Assembly (NCBI GenBank): GCA_003280225.1
Contig: QCFO01000008.1
Coordinates: 8,637 to 72,636, forward strand
DNA length: 64,000 bases
Reading direction: 5' to 3'
From: Prochlorococcus sp. AG-363-K07
Lineage (GTDB): Bacteria; Cyanobacteriota; Cyanobacteriia; PCC-6307; Cyanobiaceae
Shown here: positions 37,206 to 47,459 of the stretch, piece by piece
Position numbering within the stretch: the stretch's first letter is position 1
How the letters are laid out: each line of letters opens with the position of its first letter
Program-made: the position numbers and the translations under genes
Notes under the pieces: generated by a model
What the model was told of the DNA's origin: nothing
What the model saw: only the letters and a program-made list of their open reading frames with translations
Database searches by the model: none

Positions 37206-37583
37206 TTATTGAAATTGACTAAATATAGGCTCAACCCCAAATTTTATGATTAGACATGAGATAGATATCCAAGAAATTAGTAGTGTTGTGATAAGGGTGC
37301 CTCCTGAGAAGAATGGCCTGAAATCATCTTTTGACTTACCTGTTTCAAGTCGTTTCCTGCACTCCTCTGCTTGACTTTTTGTAAGGCGAAAATAATTAGA
37401 CTGAGGTAGTCGCTTCTCACTATAGTTGCTAACTAGAATTCTTAATATAGATTTGGAATCAGAGGACTTCATTGCAGAAAGTAGTATTCCAGGCTTAAAA
37501 CTCTTCTTTACCTCTTCAATACTTTCTGAACGACCTATATAGTATAGGTCGTTATTTTTGATTAGATAGACATACTCTGCCAT
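37206..37583 (-). CDS. Hypothetical protein with weak GIY-YIG-like N-terminus and C-terminal TM anchor
   Basis: The N-terminus is MAEYVYLIKNNDLYYIGRSESI, and the C-terminal TM is LITTLLISWISISCLII. The GIY-YIG spacing is slightly short and the catalytic Arg/His are not evident. Confidence 0.45.
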   Translation of the reverse strand: MAEYVYLIKNNDLYYIGRSESIEEVKKSFKPGILLSAMKSSDSKSILRILVSNYSEKRLPQSNYFRLTKSQAEECRKRLETGKSKDDFRPFFSGGTLITTLLISWISISCLIIKFGVEPIFSQFQ

Positions 37584-38052
37584 AATCGCTGATGATCTCT
37601 TCTAACTATTAACTTTGTCTAAGTTAACATAGTAATCTAACGATTTGAAATGCATTTAACAAGTATTGTTGGTCTTTTTTCTCTTTTCTGCTTTCTACTT
37701 GTTCTGAGGGTTTTAAAAGTCCTCTACTGTCTGTTTGCTGAATATAATTACCAAATACTTTTGTATTGCGCTTAAGCGAAATTGCTTTTAATATTTTCCT
37801 AAATAAATGTGTTTAGCTAATTAAGCCAGCTTAATTAAATACCCGTACATTTTTCTTTGTTATTTTCTTGAATTCTTACATTGGATCAGCTTCACAGGCC
37901 TACTTGCTTCATAGCGGAATATCTTCGACCTTGTGGTTTAGGTAGGTTTGCTTAATAGGATTCACGGGACGACGAGCTTGATCACACGATGGATTTTAAA
38001 GAAAAATTTAAAGATTGACCGAGACCGCGCCTATTGCCTTAAGATTTTCTTT

Positions 38053-38286
38053 ATGAAGTATATTGATCCATCCGAGAGCGTCTTCCTCCCGGTCATTATC
38101 TCTGTAAGCGCTGATACTGCTCATGTGTTGACTTCAATGGCTAATGAAATGGATACATCTTTAGATGAGCTTCTATCGGCAATTGCGGAGGACTCAGCAA
38201 TTGAATTCTCTGATGATGGGGCTTTCTCTCATGACATAGCAATTCCTGACTCAATCAGTACAGAAGATCTTCTAACATTTCTCTAA
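38053..38286 (+). CDS. Hypothetical acidic protein (77 aa from ATG 38053)
   Basis: The sequence is MKYIDPSESVFLPVIISVSADTAHVLTSMANEMDTSLDELLSAIAEDS... The longer ORF from 37948 has an implausible N-terminus. Confidence 0.35.
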   Translation: MKYIDPSESVFLPVIISVSADTAHVLTSMANEMDTSLDELLSAIAEDSAIEFSDDGAFSHDIAIPDSISTEDLLTFL

Positions 38287-38353
38287 ATCAAATTTATGGC
38301 TGTGAATGGCTAGTGCGATTCATTTCTTCTTGCTTTTGATAGTTTCTCGACTT

Positions 38354-38911
38354 TTATATTCGTCTAAGGACCTGATCTAAGCTTGGTCTATTTATAGGTT
38401 GTAGAGGTTCACCAAATCCAATCCATATAAAACCAATTATTCTTTCATTTATAGGATCAATTTCCAATGCCTTGTATGTGTTATCAGACTTAGTAATCCA
38501 TCCCGTAGACCACTTTGAACCAACTTGATTGGCAGTTAATGATAAGGAAATATTCTGAATAGCGCAGCAACATGCTGCATAGTCCTCTGAAATTCTTTCT
38601 TCATTTTTGGATAAAACTTGAGATGCTACGAGCAGATGTGATGGGGTAAGAATCTTTGTTTGAAATTTTGAGATTTCACTTTCTGTTTGCGAACCTCTTC
38701 TTTTTAATTCGTCTAGAGCATATTTAATTAACTCTTGTCTTTTTATTTTGCTAACGAGCGTAAATCGCCAGGGATATGTTCGATGATGGCAGGGTGCCTG
38801 ATTTCCAGCTTCAACTGCATTTATCACCAACTCTTCTGGAACCATCTTAGGGCCAAATGAATGAGTTGTTCGTCTCAGTTGGATTGCTTCTTGAGTATCC
38901 ACTAGTGACAC
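38354..38911 (-). CDS. Nitroreductase-family oxidoreductase
   Basis: It has RRTTHSFGPKMVPEELV...GNQAPCHHRTYPWRF and a typical nitroreductase fold length. Confidence 0.85.
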   Translation of the reverse strand: MSLVDTQEAIQLRRTTHSFGPKMVPEELVINAVEAGNQAPCHHRTYPWRFTLVSKIKRQELIKYALDELKRRGSQTESEISKFQTKILTPSHLLVASQVLSKNEERISEDYAACCCAIQNISLSLTANQVGSKWSTGWITKSDNTYKALEIDPINERIIGFIWIGFGEPLQPINRPSLDQVLRRI

Positions 38912-39024
38912 CTCTTAATAAGTATTTTACCTTTAAGGGTTACTTGAAAAGTAAAAGTTTGTCTCTACTTTAATTAAAAATCTGTAAAATCATGAGTATG
39001 GTGGAAAATAAGTTTTTGTAGTGA

Positions 39025-39891
39025 GTGAAGAACGAGGTGCTCGCAGCCAGTAATTCATCAGTTGAAGATTCTCAGCTTGATTTACTAGGAGACTTTTTAA
39101 AGGATGAGGCTAAGTCCTCTGAAACTTCTATGGCAGTCAAAAGTCTTGATAGCCCAGCCAACTCAACCTCTTTAACCAATACAACCAGCAGATATTCAGA
39201 ATTATTTCCTGAGACGCTATTAATTATTGATACTGAGACTACAGGGCTTGACGTGAATGAGAATAATTGCCTAGAAATTGGTGCAATTCTTTTTCATGTA
39301 AAAAGCAGATGCGTTCTTGCGCAGCAGTCTTTTTTGTTGCCAGTTGATTCCAATGATGCTCAAAAGATTAATCGCATTCCAGCTCACGTCACTAGGTTGT
39401 CTCAGCCATGGAAAGAGGGGCTTGTTTATTTCGAACATTTGATCGATTGTTGTGATGCAGTAGTTGCTCACAATGCCACTTTCGATAGACAGTGGTTTGG
39501 CAAGGAACCCCTCCCAGCAATAATCAAACCATGGATATGCAGTATGGAGGATATTTCTTGGCCTGAAAATCTCCAATTACGTCCTAGACCCTCTGTAAGG
39601 GATTTGGCACTTTCTTATGAAGTCCCTGTTTGGAATGCTCATCGTGCCTTGACTGACTGCATTTATCTTTCAGAAGTATTTCGTCGTACAGAGAATCTAG
39701 AAACCCTTCTTATTCAAGCTTTAGAGCCTAGAACACTCATGCGAGCAAAAGTCAGTTATGAAAATAGGAATCTGGCTAAAAAGGCTGGATTTGTTTGGAA
39801 TAATCCTGTCCCTGGAGCTTGGGTGAGAAGACTTAGTCAAAGAGAAGCAACGGCACTGAACTTTGATGTGATTCCTGTAGAGCCTGGCTAG
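39025..39891 (+). CDS. DEDDh 3'-5' exonuclease (DnaQ/epsilon-like) with extra N- and C-terminal regions
   Basis: Exo I is IIDTETTGLD, Exo II is VVAHNATFDRQWF and Exo III is HRALTDCIYL. It has a ~60-aa Ser/Thr-rich N-terminus and a C-terminal AKKAGFVWNNPVPGAWVRRL segment. Confidence 0.8.
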   Translation: MKNEVLAASNSSVEDSQLDLLGDFLKDEAKSSETSMAVKSLDSPANSTSLTNTTSRYSELFPETLLIIDTETTGLDVNENNCLEIGAILFHVKSRCVLAQQSFLLPVDSNDAQKINRIPAHVTRLSQPWKEGLVYFEHLIDCCDAVVAHNATFDRQWFGKEPLPAIIKPWICSMEDISWPENLQLRPRPSVRDLALSYEVPVWNAHRALTDCIYLSEVFRRTENLETLLIQALEPRTLMRAKVSYENRNLAKKAGFVWNNPVPGAWVRRLSQREATALNFDVIPVEPG

Positions 39892-39983
39892 CTAGTCTTC
39901 ATATTTAGCCAGATTTTCTTTAGGTCTATGAAGTCAGATAGTTGATTTCGAATTTTTTGCCTTTAAAGGACCATCCTAAATAA

Positions 39984-40295
39984 ATGGACTTAAGTAAAAC
40001 GAGAAAGGACGTAACACATTCTTCACTTGATGACACGCATGGTGATGAGTCTGATTTGGTTAAATTTCGAGTTGGCCAATGGCAGCAAGTTCGCAGTTGG
40101 ACAAGGTTAATTAGGGAAGTTCAAAGGCTTTGGTTTGTCGAAGCCATTGAGTTAAAGAAGCTAGGTGCGATGGAGCTTTCTAGGCTGCTGTCAGAAGTTC
40201 CTCCTTCTCTGCGAAGTAGGGTTAAGAGATTTCTTCAGAATTATTCTTCATTGAAAAATATCAGCTCTTCCTCTCATAACAAGAGAGTGAGCTAA
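39984..40295 (+). CDS. Hypothetical protein (103 aa)
   Basis: ORF only, with charged composition. Confidence 0.35.
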   Translation: MDLSKTRKDVTHSSLDDTHGDESDLVKFRVGQWQQVRSWTRLIREVQRLWFVEAIELKKLGAMELSRLLSEVPPSLRSRVKRFLQNYSSLKNISSSSHNKRVS

Positions 40296-40392
40296 TTCTT
40301 TTTTATTTTTCTTATAAACATTGAAGTTCTAGGTGGAAATTTAATGTTGTAAATAATTACCTTAAATTAATATTGTAATTAATGTAATGGAT

Positions 40393-40465
40393 CGGAGCGG
40401 CGGGATTTGAACCCACGACCCCCACTACCCCAAAGTGGTGCGCTACCAAGCTGCGCCACGCCCCG
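40393..40465 (-). tRNA. tRNA-Pro (anticodon GGG)
   Basis: The minus strand folds by hand into a cloverleaf. The acceptor is CGGGGCG/CGCTCCG and the D arm is GCGC-AGCTTGGTA-GCGC. The anticodon arm is CCACT-TTGGGGT-AGTGG and the T arm is GTGGG-TTCAAAT-CCCGC. CCA is not encoded. Confidence 0.9.
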
Positions 40466-40486
40466 TAAAATTAAACTATCACAATC

Positions 40487-40846
40487 TTAATACGTTTTCC
40501 TTTTTTGTTTTGCAATCCTGTTCTGGTTTTTACGACGCAAATCACTGAATACAAGTTTTTGGAGCCCATTTTTGCTCTCACTAGAGTAGCCAGTGATTTT
40601 CAGTTCATTTGCGATTTTTCTTAAGGAATAGATATTCATAGATTTAATAAGTAACTCAGGACATCTGCTCCAATGGGTAAAGTCTATTTGCGAATTCTGT
40701 TTTCTAGATATTAGTGAAAGAGCTGATGTTGCTATCCATTCTGGAATTAGAATTATAATTATAGCGATTAAGGAGTAGATTAATACCATCTCTTTAGAGA
40801 TAGGCTTTAGTTTTCTATATGACTTCCTTTTAGATAGACTAAGCAC
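40487..40846 (-). CDS. Hypothetical membrane-anchored basic protein
   Basis: It has the TM segment MVLIYSLIAIIIILIPEWIATSALSLI, a SAP/Rho-N-like LRKIANELKITGYSS stretch, and a Lys/Arg-rich tail. Confidence 0.45.
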   Translation of the reverse strand: MLSLSKRKSYRKLKPISKEMVLIYSLIAIIIILIPEWIATSALSLISRKQNSQIDFTHWSRCPELLIKSMNIYSLRKIANELKITGYSSESKNGLQKLVFSDLRRKNQNRIAKQKRKTY

Positions 40847-41056
40847 AATTCTTATTCTTAAATCTGCTCAGAAGGTCCTTCATTGAATTACCATGCTACG
40901 ATTTTATAAACTGACTATTAGTAGGCGCAGAATCTCTCCACTCTATTGAAGGATGAAGCCTTTCTTGACTAGGACGTGTTAGGAAAATTAAACCAAAAAT
41001 CAAGAATATGGTTGCTAAAATAATAATTAGGACAGTTTTATCGGGTAATTGTTCGT

Positions 41057-41776
41057 TCATAGTAAAATAGGACTGTTGTCACTTCGTAGTACACAATGTT
41101 GAATTTCCCAGTCGAAATTCGACCAGACCTTGTCGGAAAGTTTGAAATTTGAACCTGAGAATTTCTCTAAAGGCACATTTGTTGGCATGGCAGAGCAGTA
41201 TGGTCTGCTGCCCGGTTTGGCAAGATATTGTTGGTGATAATCTTCGGCATAAAATAATGTTTGATTTTCTTTAATTTCTGTTGTAATCATTCCAAAACCC
41301 ATCTTAGATAATGATTCTTGATAGCTTTGAAAGCTAGCTTTTACTAGATTTAATTGATTTGAATTGGAAGTATATATTGCTGATCTGTATTGAGTGCCAC
41401 AATCATTACCTTGTCTATTACCTTGCGTTGGATCATGGCTTTCCCAAAAAAGCTTTAAAAGGTCGCTTAGATCAATTTTTGTTTTATCCCAAACAACTCT
41501 AACAACTTCAGTATGACCTGTAGTACCAGAACAAACTTCTCTGTATGTGGGGTTCATTTGTTTGCCCCCTGCATATCCAACTGCTGTTGTTATTACACCT
41601 GGTAATTTCCAAAAGCCTTTCTCTGCTCCCCAGAAACATCCACATCCAAAAAGAATTTCTTCTTGGTGGCTTTCTGGTTGAGAATTTATTGGTGTTCTTA
41701 GAACAGCATGGAGAATCATGTGAGATTTTGAAGGACTCTTTTGCTTGGAAAGGTGATTGAGCAAGAAGCCGAACAT
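41057..41776 (-). CDS. msrA: Peptide-methionine (S)-S-oxide reductase MsrA
   Basis: It has the active-site motif GCGCFWGAEKGFW, plus GHTEVVRVVWD and DYHQQYLAK. Confidence 0.9.
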   Translation of the reverse strand: MFGFLLNHLSKQKSPSKSHMILHAVLRTPINSQPESHQEEILFGCGCFWGAEKGFWKLPGVITTAVGYAGGKQMNPTYREVCSGTTGHTEVVRVVWDKTKIDLSDLLKLFWESHDPTQGNRQGNDCGTQYRSAIYTSNSNQLNLVKASFQSYQESLSKMGFGMITTEIKENQTLFYAEDYHQQYLAKPGSRPYCSAMPTNVPLEKFSGSNFKLSDKVWSNFDWEIQHCVLRSDNSPILL

Positions 41777-41799
41777 CTTTTATTAAAGTCTAAGCAATT

Positions 41800-42051
41800 T
41801 TAGTTAGATTCCTGTGGTTCCAGATGAATATGGTTCAACAATGTTGTGACAAAAGCAAATAGTAGGAAAGGTAGGCTCAGTACGAGAATTAAACCTACTC
41901 CTACAAGAGCAAATACTGGTCTGGAAGAGCCCATTAGTGCTAGACCTGCAGCAAGACTTATAAAAATTACAGCCATCCAAGCTAAGACTTGGAAATAAAT
42001 GTCGCCAAAAGCTAAGTCGCATCTCAACTTATAAGGAATCCCAACGTTCAT
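41800..42051 (-). CDS. Hypothetical two-TM membrane protein (83 aa)
   Basis: The TM segments are VLAWMAVIFISLAAGLALM and FALVGVGLILVLSLPFLLFAFV. Confidence 0.5.
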   Translation of the reverse strand: MNVGIPYKLRCDLAFGDIYFQVLAWMAVIFISLAAGLALMGSSRPVFALVGVGLILVLSLPFLLFAFVTTLLNHIHLEPQESN

Positions 42052-42162
42052 TTGATTAGATGTTGTTATTTTATATAGCTAGCCAAAATATCTTCACTTG
42101 TCCTGAAATTCGTCTCAACTCTTTTAATATTTATTTTTAGATGAGAGCTTGTTCTTATGCAG

Positions 42163-43932
42163 TTATGTAACTGAATCTAGCTTTTCAACAGCTTTTTCCC
42201 TTTCCCAAAGTCTTTTGTAAGTCCCTTCAACTTTGATTAAAACATCGTGCTTGCCCTGTTGGACAAGACGGCCGTTCTCTAGAACCAATATTCTGTCGCA
42301 GGCTGCAGCAGCAGAAAGTTGATGACTGATCATAAGAATTGTTCGGTTTCTTTGTTCTCTAATGGATGCAAGTATCCCTGAAGCAGTCTTGTTATCGACA
42401 CTAGCCAAGGCGTCGTCAAGAACAATGACTGGAGATTTTACTAATAAGGCTCTTCCCAAGGCAGTTCTTTGTCTTTGTCCGCCACTTAGTGTTATCCCTC
42501 TCTCGCCTACTAATGTGTTAAATCCATCAGGAAAAGCACGCACATCGTCCATCAATTTTGCTTGGTTAGCAGAGGTTTCTATGTTCTCAATTGATGCCTT
42601 CGGGTCTCCATATCTAAGGTTTTCTGCCAAGGTACTGGTGAACAAATAACCTTCTTGAGGAACACAAGCAACATTTTTCCTTAAGTCTTCAAGCTTTAAT
42701 TCAACAACGTCATATTCATCAATGAAGAGTTGGCCTTTCGGTACTTCTATCATCCTGCCAAGGGCTCTGGCTAGCGTCGTTTTTCCACACCCTATGGGAC
42801 CTACGACAGCAACAAGTTCTCCTGGTTCTATCGAGAAACTTAATTTGTCTAAAACATTACGTGTGCTGTTTTTATATCTTACTGAAAGATTTCTAGCTTG
42901 AATTCTTCCAAGAACTCTTTTTTTAATTTTGACTGTTTTATTCGCATTCTCAATTCTTGGCCTTCTTGTTAAAATATCTTCTACACGTTTAAGACTTACT
43001 TGGCCTACTTGGAATGTGTTCAGAGTAAATCCTAGTAGAGCAGTAGGAAAAACAAGTCTTTCAACATAAAGTATTAATGCAACTAAGCCTCCTATTGTCA
43101 ATGTTCCTTTCTCTAACTGTCCGCTACCAAGCGCAATTAACAACAAAAGAGATATAGAGGAAATTCCTTGAAGTAGTGGAAATAACGTGCTTGCAGTTCT
43201 TGCTAGTCCAATTGCTGAGTCTCTGTAATTATTATTAAGCTCTTTAAAGGCTCTTCCTTCTGCAGCCTCTTGCCCGTAAATTTTGATAGCACTTATTCCA
43301 GATAGATCTTCTTGGATCAATTCGCTCAGCTTTGCAAGAGATTCTTGCTGACGTCTTCTTTGTTTAACCATGCGTCCACCAAAGAGACTTACTGTTCCCA
43401 GCATTACCGGATATAGAGCAATTGAAGCGAACGTTAACCAGGGATCAATTGCAATCATTGCTGGCAAAGTGAATCCATAAGCGAGAGCAGTATTTGTCAG
43501 GCTAAGTATTGTGAAGCCAAGCAACCTACGAATATTTTCAACGTCACTAGTTGCTCTACTAATTACTTCACCACTGCCAATTTCTTGAACCCACCCAGGT
43601 TCTTGAGTAAGCATATGGTCAAATAAACGTTGCCGTAGATCCACTTCAACTTGCCTGCCAACACCAAAAACAAGTTGTCTAGAAATTAGCCTCACTAAAC
43701 CCATGAGAGTCGCAAGACCAATTATCCAAATAGCTTGTTCTAAAACTTGATTGATTGAGAAACCTGTTTTGAGATCATCGACAATCCTTTTTACTTCCAT
43801 AGGAATTGCCACGCTAAGCATATTGACAAAGACAAGAGCCAGAGCACCTAGGAAGAGATTCCTTTTATGGGGTCGCAAGTACCTGACAATTAGATCGAGC
43901 CGAAATCCATTCATATTTTTTTCGAAATGCAC
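42163..43932 (-). CDS. ABC exporter, fused permease/ATPase (MsbA/MdlB-like)
   Basis: It has a six-TM N-terminal half, Walker A GPIGCGKTT, signature LSGGQRQR, Walker B VIVLDDALASVD and H-loop ISHQLS. Confidence 0.9.
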   Translation of the reverse strand: MHFEKNMNGFRLDLIVRYLRPHKRNLFLGALALVFVNMLSVAIPMEVKRIVDDLKTGFSINQVLEQAIWIIGLATLMGLVRLISRQLVFGVGRQVEVDLRQRLFDHMLTQEPGWVQEIGSGEVISRATSDVENIRRLLGFTILSLTNTALAYGFTLPAMIAIDPWLTFASIALYPVMLGTVSLFGGRMVKQRRRQQESLAKLSELIQEDLSGISAIKIYGQEAAEGRAFKELNNNYRDSAIGLARTASTLFPLLQGISSISLLLLIALGSGQLEKGTLTIGGLVALILYVERLVFPTALLGFTLNTFQVGQVSLKRVEDILTRRPRIENANKTVKIKKRVLGRIQARNLSVRYKNSTRNVLDKLSFSIEPGELVAVVGPIGCGKTTLARALGRMIEVPKGQLFIDEYDVVELKLEDLRKNVACVPQEGYLFTSTLAENLRYGDPKASIENIETSANQAKLMDDVRAFPDGFNTLVGERGITLSGGQRQRTALGRALLVKSPVIVLDDALASVDNKTASGILASIREQRNRTILMISHQLSAAAACDRILVLENGRLVQQGKHDVLIKVEGTYKRLWEREKAVEKLDSVT

Positions 43933-43998
43933 GCACTTGTGCTGAAATTTATTGAGAATGGCACCATTCTGGATGATTCAACGCACTATCACGAGGAA

Positions 43999-44304
43999 AT
44001 GAAGGAACAAAATCATCCTCTTCACATTGTTGACCGCGATCATATTGATAGGTTGCTAGCGAAAGACATTCCAGATGAAGGGGATTTAGTGGAATTAGCT
44101 AGATTATTTTTAAGGTATGAGGATTTCCCAGGAGCGTTTGACTTAAAGGAAGATATGAAGAAGATTTTGAATGCTTGGGGCCAGACAAGAGAATCTTTAA
44201 ATGAGAAGACTCGTAATATTTGGGAATCGGGATATAGGCCTGGAGTTAATCGTGATAACACAGTGGGATCAGGCTTTGATACCTCAGATTCTGATGCAAG
44301 CTAA
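43999..44304 (+). CDS. DUF3288-family protein
   Basis: The sequence is HPLHIVDRDHIDRLLAK...DLVELARLFLRYEDFPGAFDLKEDMKKILNAWG. The ATG at 43999 is preferred; the ORF opens at 43927, overlapping the ABC gene start. Confidence 0.65.
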   Translation: MKEQNHPLHIVDRDHIDRLLAKDIPDEGDLVELARLFLRYEDFPGAFDLKEDMKKILNAWGQTRESLNEKTRNIWESGYRPGVNRDNTVGSGFDTSDSDAS

Positions 44305-44396
44305 GTTGCCTAAACTTAGACACTTTTTGTTTTTTAGGGGATATTAGGGCTATCTCTGGAAAATCCCGGCTTCTTAATTCGGGTCTTTTTTAATCA

Positions 44397-45440
44397 ATGT
44401 CTTTTATTCATGTGAACTGGTCTGAGCTCCTGGAAACGCTTCTGGAGGGAAAAGATTTATCTACTCCACAAGCAAGTTCTTTGATGAATGCGTGGCTTGA
44501 GGAACAGCTTCAACCAGCGCAAACAGGAGCTTTCTTATCTGCTTTGAGATGCAAGGGATTGACAGGCGAAGAATTGGCATCTATGGCAAATGTCTTAAGA
44601 GAAGCTTGCCCTTTGCCATGCGAAATACCGACAAAGTTAATGGTTGATACATGTGGTACTGGAGGAGATGGGGCAGATACTTTCAATATTTCAACTGCTG
44701 TGGCATTTACTACTTCAGCTTGTGGTGCGATTGTGGCAAAACACGGGAACAGAAGTGCTAGTGGAAAGGTTGGATCTGCAGATGTACTTGAAGGTTTAGG
44801 TCTTGCTCTTAATGCTCCGCTTGAAACCGTTGTGGCCGCAATTGAAAAGGTAGGGATCTCTTTTCTTTTTGCACCAGCCTGGCATCCTGCTTTGGTCAAC
44901 CTTGCTCCTATAAGAAAAAGTCTTGGAGTACGGACCGCTTTTAATCTTCTCGGTCCATTAGTAAATCCTTTACGACCTAAAGCTCAGGTATTAGGGGTTG
45001 CTAAGTCTGAGCTGCTTAACCCTATGGCTGAAGCATTGCAAAAGCTCGGCCTACAAAGGGCAGTTGTCGTTTACGGGTCTGGAGGGCTAGATGAAGCGTC
45101 ACTTTCTGGACCCAATCATCTTCGACTATTAGCTAATGGTGAATTAACTGCCGAGATAATTGATCCCTTACAGATGGGTCTTACAACTTGTTCTAATGAA
45201 GTTCTTAAGGGAGGCGACCTTGCTATGAATAAAGAAATTCTGCTATCTGTTCTACAAGGTAAAGGCTCTAATGCACAGCGTGATGTCGTGGCATTGAATA
45301 GTGCTTTGGTTTTGTGGGCGTCAGGGATAGAGAATAATTTCCAGTCAGGATTAGACTGCGCTTTTAAATGTTTGAATCAAGGTCTTCCATGGTTAAAGTT
45401 TTTGGAATTGAAGGAATTTCTAGAAACAAAAAATCAATAA
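44397..45440 (+). CDS. trpD: Anthranilate phosphoribosyltransferase
   Basis: It has the motifs [36 protein letters not shown] and NLLGPLVNP. Confidence 0.95.
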   Translation: MSFIHVNWSELLETLLEGKDLSTPQASSLMNAWLEEQLQPAQTGAFLSALRCKGLTGEELASMANVLREACPLPCEIPTKLMVDTCGTGGDGADTFNISTAVAFTTSACGAIVAKHGNRSASGKVGSADVLEGLGLALNAPLETVVAAIEKVGISFLFAPAWHPALVNLAPIRKSLGVRTAFNLLGPLVNPLRPKAQVLGVAKSELLNPMAEALQKLGLQRAVVVYGSGGLDEASLSGPNHLRLLANGELTAEIIDPLQMGLTTCSNEVLKGGDLAMNKEILLSVLQGKGSNAQRDVVALNSALVLWASGIENNFQSGLDCAFKCLNQGLPWLKFLELKEFLETKNQ

Positions 45441-45471
45441 AAATGTTTGAAATTTTTACTTTTATCACAGC

Positions 45472-46626
45472 ATGACTTTATTAAATTCTAATTCAGCATT
45501 TTTAGTACTTTCTGATGGAACTGTCTTTGAAGGTATTCCTTTTGGTCATAATGGAACTGTTATTGGGGAAGTTGTTTTCAATACAGGAATGACTGGTTAT
45601 CAGGAGGTTTTGACAGACCCTAGCTACTTTGGTCAACTTGTTACCTTTACGTATCCTGAAATTGGCAATACAGGAATTAATCCCTTTGACAGTGAAGGTT
45701 CTCATCCTTCTGTTAAAGGAATAATTGTACGAGGATTTTCAAATATCCCTAGTAGTTGGAGAAGTGAAAAGTCATTTGAGGCTTGGTTAAAAGAAGAAGA
45801 AGTTGTCGGCATTTCTGGGGTAGATACGAGAGCTCTTGTTCGACATATTCGTAGCTTTGGCGCCATGAATGGTGCACTGAGCAGTGATCTTTCCTTTAGT
45901 CCAAGTCAATTACTTCAAAAATTAAAGGAAACTTCTACTATGGAAGGATTGGATCTGGCTAGTAACGTCTCGACTAATAAAATATATTCTTGGAATTCCT
46001 TTTGTGAGGTTGATTTTGACCAAAGAATCAACATTCATAAAGGACCTCCATATAAAGTTGTGGCAGTAGATTTTGGAATTAAGAAATCGATTCTTGAGAG
46101 ATTGGTAGCTTATGGATGCGAAGTTAATGTTGTTCCCTGTGATTCAAATATTTCGAATATTTTAGAGGCTTCTCCAGAAGGGGTTTTTCTTTCAAATGGA
46201 CCGGGCGACCCTGCCGCTGTTAAAGGAGGAATCAAGTTAACCAAGAAATTAATTGACGAAACTAGGCTCCCAATTTTTGGAATTTGTTTGGGGCATCAAA
46301 TTATCGGTTTGGCGATTGGTGGAACTACTTTCAAATTGGGCTATGGACACAGGGGGTTAAATCATCCCTGCGGAACTACTGGCCAATTGGAGATTACAAG
46401 TCAAAATCATGGTTTTGCTCTTGATCCTCAATCACTCCCTGATGACTTGGTAGAAATTACTCATTTAAACCTTAATGACAAAACTGTTGCAGGAATTTCT
46501 TTGAAAAATCGACCAATTTTTGGGGTTCAATATCACCCTGAAGCCAGTCCTGGCCCGCATGATGCAGATCATCATTTCCAACGATTCATATCTTTGATGG
46601 AAGATCGCCGTAAATGCGTGGTTTAG
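45472..46626 (+). CDS. carA: Carbamoyl-phosphate synthase small (glutaminase) subunit
   Basis: It has [17 protein letters not shown] and the GATase triad context GICLGHQ...[12 protein letters not shown]. Confidence 0.95.
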   Translation: MTLLNSNSAFLVLSDGTVFEGIPFGHNGTVIGEVVFNTGMTGYQEVLTDPSYFGQLVTFTYPEIGNTGINPFDSEGSHPSVKGIIVRGFSNIPSSWRSEKSFEAWLKEEEVVGISGVDTRALVRHIRSFGAMNGALSSDLSFSPSQLLQKLKETSTMEGLDLASNVSTNKIYSWNSFCEVDFDQRINIHKGPPYKVVAVDFGIKKSILERLVAYGCEVNVVPCDSNISNILEASPEGVFLSNGPGDPAAVKGGIKLTKKLIDETRLPIFGICLGHQIIGLAIGGTTFKLGYGHRGLNHPCGTTGQLEITSQNHGFALDPQSLPDDLVEITHLNLNDKTVAGISLKNRPIFGVQYHPEASPGPHDADHHFQRFISLMEDRRKCVV

Positions 46627-46687
46627 TTCGTTTTTAATCACTACACTTCATGCGTTCGCGTTCCGGGGGACTAAGCCCATAACCGAA

Positions 46688-47044
46688 TTGCAACGATTAA
46701 CAGTTTCTTTAAGGGGTGGTTTTGAACAACGTCAGGGTTGTCTGGTGTTCCACTTCACAGGCCAACTGGATGCTTACTCTGAAAAACAGTTCAAAAACTA
46801 CGTGGATGATGTGCTTCAGGCCAATCTTTCCTCTGTAGTCATTGACCTTTCAAATATTGACTTCCTCGATTCTTCTGGGTTAGGCGCCTTGGTGCAGGTA
46901 GCAAAGCATTGTATTGACTCTAAGAGAGCCTTTTCTCTTGTTGGGAATGCAAGGGTTGTTCAAACCATTAAATTGGTAAGGCTTGAAGAATTTCTTCATC
47001 TAGTTCCTGACCTCAATACTGCTCTTGCTCAGCTTGCTGCTTGA
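46688..47044 (+). CDS. STAS-domain anti-sigma-factor antagonist
   Basis: It has VIDLSNIDFLDSSGLGALV with the conserved phosphorylatable Ser context, at a length of about 118 aa. Confidence 0.8.
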   Translation: MQRLTVSLRGGFEQRQGCLVFHFTGQLDAYSEKQFKNYVDDVLQANLSSVVIDLSNIDFLDSSGLGALVQVAKHCIDSKRAFSLVGNARVVQTIKLVRLEEFLHLVPDLNTALAQLAA

Positions 47045-47448
47045 CTGATTGGATTCGATTACAAGAACCATCTAGCTCTCTTGATCAGCTAGGCCCTCAG
47101 CAATTAGCATGGTTGGGGGATGCTGTTTGGGAGCTTCACCACCGCTTACGACTTTGTATCAAACCTGCTAAATCTCGCGACCTTCATATTGCTGCTGTTG
47201 CTGAAGTCAAGGCAACATCTCAAGCAAAAGCCCTTTCTGCCTTGTCGTCTCATCTCTCAGATATAGAGAAGGATCTTGTCCGTAGAGGACGGAACAAAGC
47301 TGGTAGGGGTCCAAAGAATGGAGATCCATCTATATATGGCAAAGCCACAGGTTTTGAGACAATGATTGGGTGGCTCTTTTTAAATAATCCCTCCCGTCTA
47401 GCAGATCTATTGGACCGATTGGAGGAGAGCGAATCTGACCTTCACTAG
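47041..47448 (+). CDS. mrnC: Mini-ribonuclease 3
   Basis: It has the LAWLGDAVWELHHR RNase III signature in a ~135-aa protein. It overlaps the STAS gene stop by 4 nt. Confidence 0.8.
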   Translation: MTDWIRLQEPSSSLDQLGPQQLAWLGDAVWELHHRLRLCIKPAKSRDLHIAAVAEVKATSQAKALSALSSHLSDIEKDLVRRGRNKAGRGPKNGDPSIYGKATGFETMIGWLFLNNPSRLADLLDRLEESESDLH

Positions 47449-47459
47449 CTTTGAAACAA

